64,000 nt of DNA from Setoptus koraiensis (Eukaryota; Animalia; Arthropoda), in assembly GCA_048013815.1 (NCBI GenBank), contig CM106586.1, positions 3,410,001 through 3,474,000 on the forward strand, read 5' to 3'. Below, in pieces: positions 9,741 to 20,834 of this stretch (position 1 is the first letter of the stretch; every line of letters begins with the position of its first letter). The position numbers and the translations under genes were made by a program. Below the pieces are notes generated by a model that worked only from the letters and a program-made list of their open reading frames with translations, ran no database searches and had not been told where the DNA came from.

Positions 9741-11642
9741 ATGGCACCCTGGGCCCATTTAATCGCAGGTGCCTGCCTGTTGGCTGCGCTGGTCACAAAT
9801 CTGGCCGTGGCCTTGGACGAACAGCAAGAGATGGCGAGACGGGCCAAAATAGAGAGAATAAACACGATAAGGGGCGAGACGGAGGACTTCAGCAAAATCA
9901 TCAACGATCAGGTGAACAAGGACGTTGATCTTGTTTTGGCGCAAGTGTCCAAACAAAATCTGTCCGACGAGGACAAGCTCGCGGAGCTGGGCAGGTTTGG
10001 CTCGGTGCTAGACACGCTGGCGGCGCCCGCCGATGCAGCGCAAAATGCAGCAACGACGGGCCAGTATAGGGATCCCGTTTATCAGAGTCGCATGGACAGA
10101 TTCAAGAGTGTGTTTCGTATGATGAGGGACAAATTGGTCAGTTTGAGCGGGTACATGAGTAGAAAATTTAATCAGCTCAAAGAGTCGACGCTCAAAACAA
10201 AGTTTGGCCGCAGGCTCAGGCATGGCGCTAAAACGATAAAGCTTCAGCTGGCGAAATGGCCCGATTTTGCCACATTTAAGGCGAAATTTCACAAGGTTTA
10301 CAAATCGCCGCGCGAGGAATTGTTCCGTCAGATGGTGTATCTGAGGACACAATCAATTGTGCTGGTGCAACATGTTAGGTGCTTGTTGAGGCTCGACAGG
10401 CACTCGCTGAAGGCCACACGATTCTCCGATTGGACAGAGGAGGAATTCGAGCGCAAATTCGACAACAAAAAGCACGCCCTGCACGAACGCGACGACGTGG
10501 AGCCGTTTCCGGCCGACGAAATGGAGCTTTTGAGACAATTGGCCAAACAAAAGTCGCTGGACCGGCAAAAACACGTCGCGGACAATAGGAGCGAGATACA
10601 TCCAAGAATGAAGCGAAGCACCCACGACGACAGTGACGACGAGAGCGACGACGACGGCAGCGGCGAGTCCGACGACGACGATTACGATCCCATGGAGATA
10701 TATGACAACGAAGATATGGAGGGCGACGAGAAAATGCTCGACGACGACGTGTTGCAATCGTTGCGCGCAAAGGCCATGGAGGAAGAAGACGAGTCGTCGG
10801 TGCATTTCGATCCCGACGCCATGATGACCGACATAGACGAGCTAGACGAAGAACTGGACTCACTGGTGAACGCGGACAACTTTGAGCCAGTGGATCTCAG
10901 ATCGACCGGTTGCGTGGGCCCCATAAAAGATCAGGGCAACTGTGGGGCGTGTTTTGCTTTTGCGGCCACCTTGGGCGCCGAATATCATCAATGTATGGCC
11001 GACAATGGCGAACTGACAATTTTCAATCCGATGTTTGTGTCGGATTGCGGAAACTATTACGATTATTTCTTGAACGGTTGCGAGGGCGGCATCGTGTCGA
11101 AGGCGCTCAGATTTATAGCGCACGCCGGCCACTACGAGCAACTGGTGTATGAGATATTTAAATCTAGCTCAGGTAACTATGACCAAAATACGTGCCCCTT
11201 TCCCGATCCACCCGGCGAAACAAGGGCCCAGAAACGGGTCAATCTCAAGAACTGGGCCCGTACGCAAGTCACCGAGTTTGCTGATGCAATTTTCTATGCG
11301 TTAGAGTTTGCTGATTGGCACACATATCTGTCCACTGTCGGGCCCATATACATCAATTTGGCCAATCCGAGAAATTTCAAAGATTGGGGCTACGGCATAT
11401 ACGATGGAACGGCCAACGAAAACGACGTTGCCGGCATACACACCATGCTGCTGGTGGGCCATCTAAAAGACGAAAATGGCAAAGGCTATTGGCTCATTGG
11501 CAATTCACACGGTGCCCTGTGGGGCGACAATGGTTATCTGAGATTGTCGGACTTGGGAGTGGAGCGTCACGTGAAGCTGGCAATTGGCATGTCGAAACCT
11601 GGAACTTCCAGGGAAAAAGTTAAGAGCTTGTACAGAAAATAA
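9741..11642 (+). CDS. Papain-family (C1A, cathepsin L-like) cysteine protease with extended pro-region, intronless
   Basis: Signal peptide; I29-like RFSDWTEEEF; mature domain VDLRSTGCVGPIKDQGNCGACFAF (catalytic Cys), GCEGG, GIHTMLLVG (His) and YWLIGNSHGALWGDNGY (Asn). Confidence 0.92.
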   Translation: MAPWAHLIAGACLLAALVTNLAVALDEQQEMARRAKIERINTIRGETEDFSKIINDQVNKDVDLVLAQVSKQNLSDEDKLAELGRFGSVLDTLAAPADAAQNAATTGQYRDPVYQSRMDRFKSVFRMMRDKLVSLSGYMSRKFNQLKESTLKTKFGRRLRHGAKTIKLQLAKWPDFATFKAKFHKVYKSPREELFRQMVYLRTQSIVLVQHVRCLLRLDRHSLKATRFSDWTEEEFERKFDNKKHALHERDDVEPFPADEMELLRQLAKQKSLDRQKHVADNRSEIHPRMKRSTHDDSDDESDDDGSGESDDDDYDPMEIYDNEDMEGDEKMLDDDVLQSLRAKAMEEEDESSVHFDPDAMMTDIDELDEELDSLVNADNFEPVDLRSTGCVGPIKDQGNCGACFAFAATLGAEYHQCMADNGELTIFNPMFVSDCGNYYDYFLNGCEGGIVSKALRFIAHAGHYEQLVYEIFKSSSGNYDQNTCPFPDPPGETRAQKRVNLKNWARTQVTEFADAIFYALEFADWHTYLSTVGPIYINLANPRNFKDWGYGIYDGTANENDVAGIHTMLLVGHLKDENGKGYWLIGNSHGALWGDNGYLRLSDLGVERHVKLAIGMSKPGTSREKVKSLYRK

Positions 11643-12583
11643 TAGCAGTAGCAGTAGTAGTAGTAGTAGTAGGAATAACAAAAACATGATACGTTTCGAC
11701 AAATCTATTGTACCACCGATCTGCAATTCACAACCCAACGACGAAATCTATATTCAATCGTGTTGCATGTCGCGCTTTATCATGAGTTTTTGTTCAAACC
11801 GTGCGTGTCAAAAAAATATTTGTCCACTGGAAAATTTGTCAACTAGACAATTTGTCGTTTCCCAGTTTGTATATTGTTTCCACACGGACTATTCACAAGC
11901 TAGGCAAGCTGTGATATCCAATTAGCAGCATTGTCTTGTCACCATCAATCACCATGTTGCTTGACACAAGGCGAAAGACTGCTGGTCATGGTGATATCGA
12001 GCCGAGCAATCTAATCAGCAATGTCATCGATGGGTCGTAGCTCCTGAGTTCAACATCACGTTGGTGTTGTTGTGTCGGAGCTGTCGTTCAATTCAATTCA
12101 GCAAATGACTGAAAAACCGATAGTCGAAGCGAAATTTATATTTTCCCGGTATCTCCGACGAGAATGTGTGCGAGGAAAAGTGCAAACTAGCTCATAGGGC
12201 TTCTTCACTACTGAAGGAAAATAATTTCTGAAATTTTCTACCAGTTTGACTTTGAGAGTCTAACCGGTGGAAAAAATCAATGTTAGAGAGGGCGCCCCTC
12301 TCTGATAAGAAAAGACAGGTCAGTTGACATGAGGATTCATTTTATGAATAGGAATGATTCTCTTGGTTTTGTTGTCTTGTTTTTTGATTTAACTCATTCA
12401 TCAGTTGTAAATATCAATAGTTATTTGTAAAAAGATTTACAAGTTAAAACAATGTATAGATGTGTATGTGTATGTGTGTAAAGTATAGGTTTCATCAGTA
12501 GTTCTTGTTGAATAAATTAGACAAAAGCAACAACTAACTGACCGGCCTCGTGTTGCACAATATCTATATGTTTATTAATTCGT

Positions 12584-12790
12584 TCACTTGGATCCCTTGC
12601 CGGCCTTGGTTTGCTTTGAAGCGGCCGCTCGGGCGCTCTTCTTGCTCTTCCTAACCTTGGCATCTTTTTTAGCTAGAATAGTCTTCAATCCAAATGTATA
12701 AATCAATGCAACAATGCAAATAACTCCAAACAATGATATAAATAAATATAGCGGATTGTAGAATTGACCGAAATCGATTGGTTGCACCAT
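12584..12790 (-). CDS. Small single-pass membrane protein with a basic C-tail (68 aa)
   Basis: ATG ORF with one hydrophobic span (LYLFISLFGVICIVALIYTFGL) followed by a Lys-rich tail. No family recognised. Confidence 0.5.
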   Translation of the reverse strand: MVQPIDFGQFYNPLYLFISLFGVICIVALIYTFGLKTILAKKDAKVRKSKKSARAAASKQTKAGKGSK

Positions 12791-13931
12791 TTTGGTTTTC
12801 TTGTTGTTGTTTTTGTGTTAATCTAACAAGCTAATGAAGAATGAGAGAGCGTGGTTGTTGCCTCTAAATGGTTAGGTAAATAAATGAGGTAATAAAAAGA
12901 AATAATTGTAATTGCGATGATTGAATTATATTAATACAAAAACTTGTGTCGATATTATTTGCAGCTATTTAGATGTTAACGATTGTTATACTGACATGAT
13001 ATATATGTATATATATATATATATATATATTTTATGATGTATATGCGGTGGCTCGAAGTGCTGATGATATATATAATTCAAGTGATGATGTGGCTCTCTT
13101 TCAAAGAGAGAGAAGTTGCCGTGAGCACTGTGCCCTATGCTGTGGATCAGCCAAAATATCTATCTATCTGTCTATTTGGCGAGTGTCAAGTTTTTGTCGT
13201 GTTTCTCTCTCGCTTTGCGTTTGATATTAGTTGGCCTTAAATGATTGGCTGCTGGCTGGCAAATGGCTAAAACTCGATCAATTAAAACTGTGGAAAGCAA
13301 TTATATTTGTTTAAAAATTAGATATTAGTATGCAAAGTAGATGGTGAATAGCAGAAATATTGTTGTTTTTGCTGTGGTTGTTGTATATTTGCGATGGCCA
13401 GACTGCACAGCAAGCAATGCAGATCATATGTGCGTCAACCGTGTTTGAGTGACTGTGTGTGTGTGTGAGTGAGTGTGGTCAAGTGAGTGCCCGGCCAGAG
13501 ATGCTGCTGCTGGCCAGCAAAATATCTGGCAAAATACTCATCACCAATTATCCGATCGTTGCAATCAGGATACTATCGTGTTGTGACGCAATAGAAGATT
13601 TTTCAATCGTTTTCGGGGGCTCGATGCAATTTGTAATTATCCGCCTGACAAGAGTTTGCGTGCTGGTGATGCGGAGACGCGACAGTTGTGGCAACAGTTT
13701 CGCCCACGCTACCTGTTCAAAGCCGCGATTCTTCATTCACATTTATCTTTCACTGGCAGTGCTGACAGCAGCATCAGTAAAATGGACGACAGTTGTGTAA
13801 AACAATACCGTGTAGATGCCGAACAGGCAAGTGTCGAAGGCGCCAAACAACGGCAGCAGCATCCATTTATCCTCTTGTTCGCGTCCATGGCGGCGGGTGT
13901 AGAGATCGTGCAGTGGGAATCGTTGTACTAG

Positions 13932-14375
13932 ATACTGATAGAAGATCACTTCTTCCAACAGGATGGAGCTCCACATCATACAACATTAGAAAACCTTCAA
14001 TTACTGCGAGATAATTATCAGGACAGGGTAATTGCCAGAAGCTATCCGGATAAATTCGAAGATGGGATAGTCTGGCCACCTTACAGTCCTGACCTATCCC
14101 CATTGGATTTCTTTCTCTGGGGATACGTCAAGGACAAGGTTTACAAAGACAACCTGAGAAATTTGGAGGACCTTAAGAAGAAGGACCCATAGAACTCAAA
14201 TTGAGTAACTCAAATTGAGTTACTCAATGTATTTTTTCTTTTTCGCGCCATTTTTTTCAAACTAGTCGAGGTAGGATGATGAAACCTTTTAGTACAAAAA
14301 ATTTGAACGCCCCCTGGCTTCTAGTTCCCGAATTATTACAACTTGAGGATAGGGAGTTGAGTTTGAAACACCCTG
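13932..14375 (+). mobile_element. 3' remnant of a Tc1/mariner (rosa/DD41D-like) DNA transposon
   Basis: Frame 13932-14192 reads FFQQDGAPHH...WPPYSPDLSPLDFFLWGYVKDKVY. A right TIR-like GTTTGAAACACCCTG (14361-14375) is followed by TA. No left TIR or N-terminal transposase was found. Confidence 0.9.
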
Positions 14376-14736
14376 TATATTAATGAGATAGCTGGCACCA
14401 GTCCGAAGATTACAACTGACAAGATAAAGAGTAATTTAACAGAATTTACCTCGTCTCGCACGAGTTAGTAGATACTAGATTCCCGACGCCTACGATGAGA
14501 CCACTTTAACCTTGAATTGGACGACATAATCAAAGTGACCGGAAGTAAAATTATTGGCCAACGGGAGGGACACATCAACGGCAAAAAAAGGTTGTTTTCC
14601 CTTCACACATGTTGAATTTATTGAAGGACCCAAAGTTCAACCTGGTGTGTCCTAAATACTATCAAAAATCTTCAAAGGTACAATTGGAGACAAAACTATG
14701 ACTATTCTGTCGATTTCACGTATTTTACGCAATTAG

Positions 14737-16396
14737 CTAGGGACATTTCGGATGTGCCTTATGACTTGGGTAGATCTTCGGACAATTTCTGTACGGTTCT
14801 GGTTTTGGGAGTTGAGACACTGGCTTAAATAATGATTCGAACTGTGAAGAAAACTTCAATCCAACGTTTGCCTTCGCAAGATTTACGGTGTTGTTAGCCA
14901 CTAGAGTATTTTTCAGAAGTAAGGAGGAGTAGATCGTTCATAACAGGTTGCGCTTTCGATAAGTAAAAATTATCTATTATTGTGCGAGATTTGAATTTGG
15001 AATTACCATTAAATGTATACTCACTTTTAGATATGGACGAGTTCCGAGTTGGAGGCACTGGAGGAATAGAAGGCACTGGCGGAGGAGGGGGTCCAACACT
15101 TGGCCTCACACACGATTGAGTTCTGGGTGGGGGCATTGGTGCGGCTGTTTTGATTGTAGAGCTTGATTTCAAGCTAACTGCTTCACTTCTATTCTTATTT
15201 ATATTGACTGGGGTGACAACTTGATTCAGAGATATATTTGGTAGCGCAAGTTTAATACTTCCCATATTAACATCCGATCCGATATGATTAAGAGAGGAAG
15301 TTGAAGAGGTTGACACTGAATGAATGGAGTCTCTCCTAGCTTTAGCTAAGAGAAGTTGATTTGTAGTTACTGTTGTGGTCGACGCCTTAATGATTTGGTA
15401 AGAGTCACTGTTATTCACTTTGATATTGCTCGCACTATCTGAAGCCTTTTTATTTGTTGATTTTGTGCAAGATAAACCATTAACTTGAGTGATTGCTGGT
15501 GAAGTCTGAAGGTTGGCATCGGAATTACCATTCAAATTCTCAAAGTTGCTCGTAGATTGATTCTTTGCAAGATTTGCCGGATAGGCTAGAGTGGCGTGTT
15601 TCGGCGGGGTTGGCGGCTTAGTTGGCGAGCTACTTGAAATTGCATCACAATAAGTGTTAACGGTAATATTATTTCCCTTTGGGTTGGTCTCAGTTATAGA
15701 GGGACTGACGTTCTTCTGTTGTTGATCCCTCTGTAGTTTGATATTCTTTGCTGTGTTCATGGAATTGAACTTGTTCTTCAATTGGCTTGCGAGGTCACTT
15801 CCCGGTGTCATCATAACGCCATTTGAGTTTGGTATTTTTCTTGTGGAATGATCTTGTGATGCCTCATTAGCAGCGGGTGCAACCTTGCCTGTTACCAATG
15901 GTCGGCTGGCATCTCTTGTTATGCTAGTTTTGCGCAACGTTTTTCCTTGTTGTATCTGACTGAGTAGAGCACCTATGTCTGGGGCCGCTTTTCCGACAGC
16001 ATTGACTTTCTGATTTTGAGGTGTCAATTTAGTTGTCTTATTAATGGCTGGAGAAGGATCACAGTTCATATTTATTGCGTTATGTGATCCCTTATTATTA
16101 TAATCAGTAATATTGTTTATCATTGTTGCGCCAAAAGGACCTTTTGGTGGAGGAGGGGGCGGAGGTGGTGCTGGGTTGCCGGCACTTGTCACAATAACTT
16201 GTTTCAAGTCTCTAGCTTGTGATGATGGCGGAGGTTGCGAAGGAGGTGGCGGCGGTGGTGGCAGGGGCGCTTGACTTGGCATCTTGCTGGTAGTCCTACA
16301 ATTTTTATTGACGATATGTGATTTAATGTGTTGATGATTCGTCAGCCTACTACTGTCCTGGAGTTGCCTCATCATAGAAGCCTGTTGAGTTGGCAT
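14737..16396 (-). CDS. Vrp1: WASP-interacting protein / verprolin (two exons: 16396-15025, 14900-14737; about 511 aa)
   Basis: Polyproline tracts and WH2 motif ALLSQIQQGKTLRKTSITRDASRP. A GTGAGT donor at 15024 splices in phase to an AG acceptor at 14901, adding the WASP-binding motif FESLFKPVSQLPKPEPY...KIYPS that is missing from the ORF track. Confidence 0.9.
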
Positions 16397-17214
16397 AGAT
16401 GCCGCTTATTTGAATGTCTGTAGATAGTCACCACAGTGTTATTATTGTAATAATAGTGCCCCGACCACGATAAGTATTAAGATACAAGACAGCTGTTTGG
16501 ATGGCCGGCGGGCTATAATTATGCCGCTTATTGTTTTAGGGGACCTCTCCAGTGTGTCTATCAAATATAGAATTATAGTGGGTCGATACGAAGAAATGCG
16601 TTCTCGGATAAAGTAAATAAATAAATAACGATGAACGAAGATAATAATGATATTGCGAATGAGTAATAAACCGCAGGCAAGTATAGGGTGGTTGAAATCT
16701 CTTGTTTCGTGTGCAAGAACTCAAATGAATTGCGCACAGAAGTTGTATCTGATTGATTCAAAGGCACAGAACCAGCGAGTTGTTGATGGGCCTCGATAAG
16801 AGCATGTGCATGAATGGTACATCCTGCGCCCGCTATGGAATTAACAATTCATTTTAGCATTCATGAGCTGGACGCAATAGATCGCGAGCACTGAGTACAG
16901 TACCTACATATTCCACTCCCCATTGAAACAACAAGTTTAGCTGGCGTTCGTTGTATCTTACCATGTTGAACCTGCAGTTCTATCGTATACTACGTAAAAT
17001 CAATGAGCGCACTCGCGTGCACCACGCCCTCTTTATATTGGTGCCATCTAGTGAGTATGACTGCAAACGACCTATATTAATTTTAGTGTGGCAAGATGGA
17101 TATGCAAACTTCTCAGAATCCTCTATAATAATGCTATCTTCAAGTTTGCTCCTCAAACAGATCACCTGAAATAAGGGTAAATACTTAAATATGTCGCTCA
17201 CGGTTCTTAGTACC

Positions 17215-17260
17215 TACTAGAGTCGTCTTAGTACTAGAGTCGTCTTAGTACTAGAGTCGT
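17215..17260. repeat. 17-bp tandem repeat (TACTAGAGTCGTCTTAG, about 2.7 copies)
   Basis: Direct reading of the sequence. Confidence 0.9.
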
Positions 17261-19317
17261 TTTGAAGCGATAACTAATATTCTTCATTCAATGATGTAAC
17301 TCAATAGTTTAAATAAAACTAAACTTGTACTTGAGTTTGCTGCTTGTTTTGACTCGCTGCAAACAACATCATCGATCAAGGGTTCGAAATGTTCTGTGCA
17401 AATCCTATTAGTCACTTCATACACTAATAGCACAGTTGCAGTACTTTTGCAATTCAAACAACCACTGCAACTGCAATTGCAACACCGACAACCTGCACCA
17501 TTCTCATCCATGTCGTCTTATAATCTGGACTAGTGGACAAGACTATATTATTATGTTTGTATATCAGTAGGTTCTATGCCGTCATCGACTCAACTGTAGA
17601 AGTATCTCATCAACTTATTTATGTAACTCCTGACCGCTTATCACCGTGCTTAACGCTGCTTGCCGGTAAATTTATTCAACAAACCCGTTTTGTCTGTCCG
17701 TTTTATGATCAGATCATTTAGGGTGAACACTTAAAACACTCGCAACGCCAATCTACGTTCACTGACAAAATTATGTTTAAATAGGTAGGACCTTCGTAAT
17801 AGAGTGATCAGTTTTCGTGTATAAAACCTTGTTAATATAGCGGGACATCCATCACTCTATCGCATTGTGTCGCACAAGTTTTTCAAATTTCAAGCGATTT
17901 CAGGCGAGTGAGTCTTTTGTTGTTTTAATTTTTCAAATAATAAAAGTCTATCAGCGTTAAGAAACAGCACAACTAGTGCGAATCATAATATTTATATTGG
18001 TCGCGTGTTCTAATGCTTAAAGCTATTGTACCTTTTATGGTATCTTGCTAATAGAGTAGAGAATTAATCACTGACCATCAGAAAATTATAACGCATAACT
18101 TGTTAACATACAAAGAACATTGAATTTCGACTTCGTGTACTGTTACTTAGAAGCTTGTTGCATATCAACCAGATCAACGAGAACGAGTTGCGAACGATTA
18201 GAGATCTCGAGAGAAAAGTAGTTGGACATGGGGGTGCAATAATAGACGATTAGCGATCGCCCCTTTGAAACATTAGATGTGATGGCCAAGAGTTGGCGAA
18301 CATTGAGCACTAACAATGGTGATTGTTTTTCTCAAAAAGCCTTTTATCCAGTTGCTCTATGATACATTAGTGTCGATAGTTTTTCGGTTTATCAAGATAG
18401 GTAAGAGTAAGGAGAAAACACACACACACTCATACACTGTATGAAACTGCTCTCATGATTATTTGATTAGTGGGTGAGTTCAATTAGTGGCAAACTGGTG
18501 GTTGCAAATTAATCTACTTGGTCAAACATAGAGGTAAGCTGCCAGATAATACTTATATGGACATTCGGATATCTAATTTGTTGATGTTAGTTTGTGTCTG
18601 ATCCACATGTTTAAGTCTTTCGAACATGAAATGATTCGCTTTTATCACCGTTTCCATCTAGCCAGGAGATGATTTAGCAGCAGTAGCAGCAGCCGAGCGA
18701 TTTAACAAACAGCGGCAGCAGTTGTCTTAAGTAATCAAGAGAAACGTCTATCTATCTAGCAATCACTGAAAGATTGTCTTAGAATATCTTTACTAGGTAA
18801 CCATGTTTAATATTGATGAATTATGAGTGTGTGTGTGTGTGCATACTTATGATGCGCAATATAAATGTAAACTTTGATTAGTGCATGCAACTTGGTTGTA
18901 AATCTGGCACCCATCAAGTATATCATTATGTAATATATATGGTACATGTGTGATCTATTTCGTACCGTGCAACTCTAAAGCCGATGTGTTGTCGTTGTTG
19001 CTTGTGAGTGAGAAAGAGAGATATTATCGATGATGATAACAGTTGATGAATGGTACAAGTGTTACGTAATAATGTGTATGTATAAAAGGGGACAGTGAGT
19101 GGTAGTGAGTAGCGAATAAAGTGAGAAGAAGCAGAATAAGAATAAGAAATGAAAGAGAATACAACTAGTTTTCAGTGCGACAACTATAGGCACGATGATA
19201 TAATGGTGTTGAGGCATCGTAGAACTTTCGTAATTCGAATCTTTTTGTATTTATGTGTGCACCATAACTTGCAATATATACTAAATTCTACGTTTTCTCT
19301 ATAGTGAACTTGTACAT

Positions 19318-19321
<4 letters not shown>

Positions 19322-19355
<34 letters not shown>
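19322..19355. repeat. (CA)n microsatellite; other (TG)n/(CA)n/(AT)n tracts near 13008, 19700-19750, 27865, 33630, 34110-34158, 34790 and 53505
   Basis: Direct reading of the sequence. Confidence 0.95.
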
Positions 19356-19356
<1 letters not shown>

Positions 19357-20834
19357 GTCTAGCGTACAGTTGCCGCCTTGTTTGGCCCGTACATAAACAT
19401 TGTGAGTGTGCTGATGCCAAACGAACAGACACACGGACACAGGGGAACTGCTGAGGAAGCTGGACAGTCGAGCAGACGAACATGCACGCCTTAAACTAGC
19501 GCACACAGTGTAAATGTGTGAGTGTAGAACAAATGTTCCTTTGGCGAGAGTTTGTTCACTTCTGGCGATAGAACTTCTAAATTCATCCGCTCACACAGCG
19601 AACACAGCGAATGCGCTGTGAGTCGCTGATTTGATGATGTCCATCAATGAAGGTATACAAACTGTGTGTCTGTTTGTGTGTCTGTCTGTTTGTGTCTGAG
19701 TCTGTGTGAGTGTGACTGTGTGTGTGTGTGTGCGTGTGTGTGTGTGTGTGTTGCTGCCAGCGAAATAATAAGACACAGCAAGAAGAAAGCTGCATTTGTG
19801 GGCGAACGTATATTTTGCTGTGTGTTGCCTGTGTGCATGTCTGTGTGTGTGCGCCTTTTACATTGGTACTTCTGTGTGCTATTTGGCTGTTGCTGGCTAT
19901 TGGATGGCCGCGATATTATATGCGATATCAACAGAGAATGTCAAGCAATTAAAGGTATCGACAGAGCTATTATTCTCATTTATTATCATACTACACACTG
20001 CATCACTATTCTTGCTAATCAATGCTTTCAGTCTGCTGTAACTGTTAACATAATATTATTTACACAACACTCAATACTTGACTACTACTGCCAGAAGCAT
20101 CCTTATTAGTATAATCATTATTTAGGCAAAGCTTTTTGTGGGCGCCTATCCTCAAGGAGCCCATGTATATATTAGCAGCTTTATGAAAAAAATTTCAGCC
20201 AGCAATTACATCCGTATTGTTAATTTAAGCAAAGGACACAGCCACTATTGTCACAGGCAGCGACGGACTATACAACGAAGTTGTTGCGCTCGACAACAAA
20301 CCAATTGTACTTATCGCTTCTAGCCAACGAGATTTCCATATCAGGCAACAATGCACGGATTAGTCTTCCAGAGCGACCGCATCAAACGTTAGCCCAGATG
20401 AGATGATTACCATACCATCTTGATTATTTAATCTATTACGAGTGCAAGCCACATAGCAGCAATATTAGCGCTATCATCATCTATTTATTTATTATTATTA
20501 TTATCATCATTGCAACAACGACACTAGTACATAGTATTGAATTACAACAAAAACCAGTACAGTTAATAATTTATTTGCATGCAGACATCATTGCACAACA
20601 ATAACACTTTATGCTTGTATCTCCCACTTGAAGGAGATCATGCATCAGCAAGCTTAAGCTAATCACTTGGGTGCTCCCAACAATAATGCTAAACACTGGT
20701 CATAGTCTCACTAACGAGACTACTGCCTCTTATCAATATTTTCAACCTCACACAAAACGAACAGCTTTATTATTTATCGTCACACCTGAAAGAGGAGGGC
20801 GCCGCCCCAGAGGTGCCTATTATTAGGCCCGCAT

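Noticed and set aside
10008-10924. Several antisense or alternate-frame ORFs over the protease gene
   Set aside because: Expected shadows of a GC-rich CDS with repetitive acidic codons.
16980-17201. Minus-strand ORF ending NIKRAWCTRVRSLIL, reminiscent of a PH-domain C-terminal helix
   Set aside because: No DH or other PH parts nearby. It lies where WIP 5' UTR exons and introns are expected.
19852-19865. CGCCTTTTAC, similar to U5 snRNA loop 1
   Set aside because: No flanking stem or Sm site, and it is embedded in a TG-rich microsatellite region.
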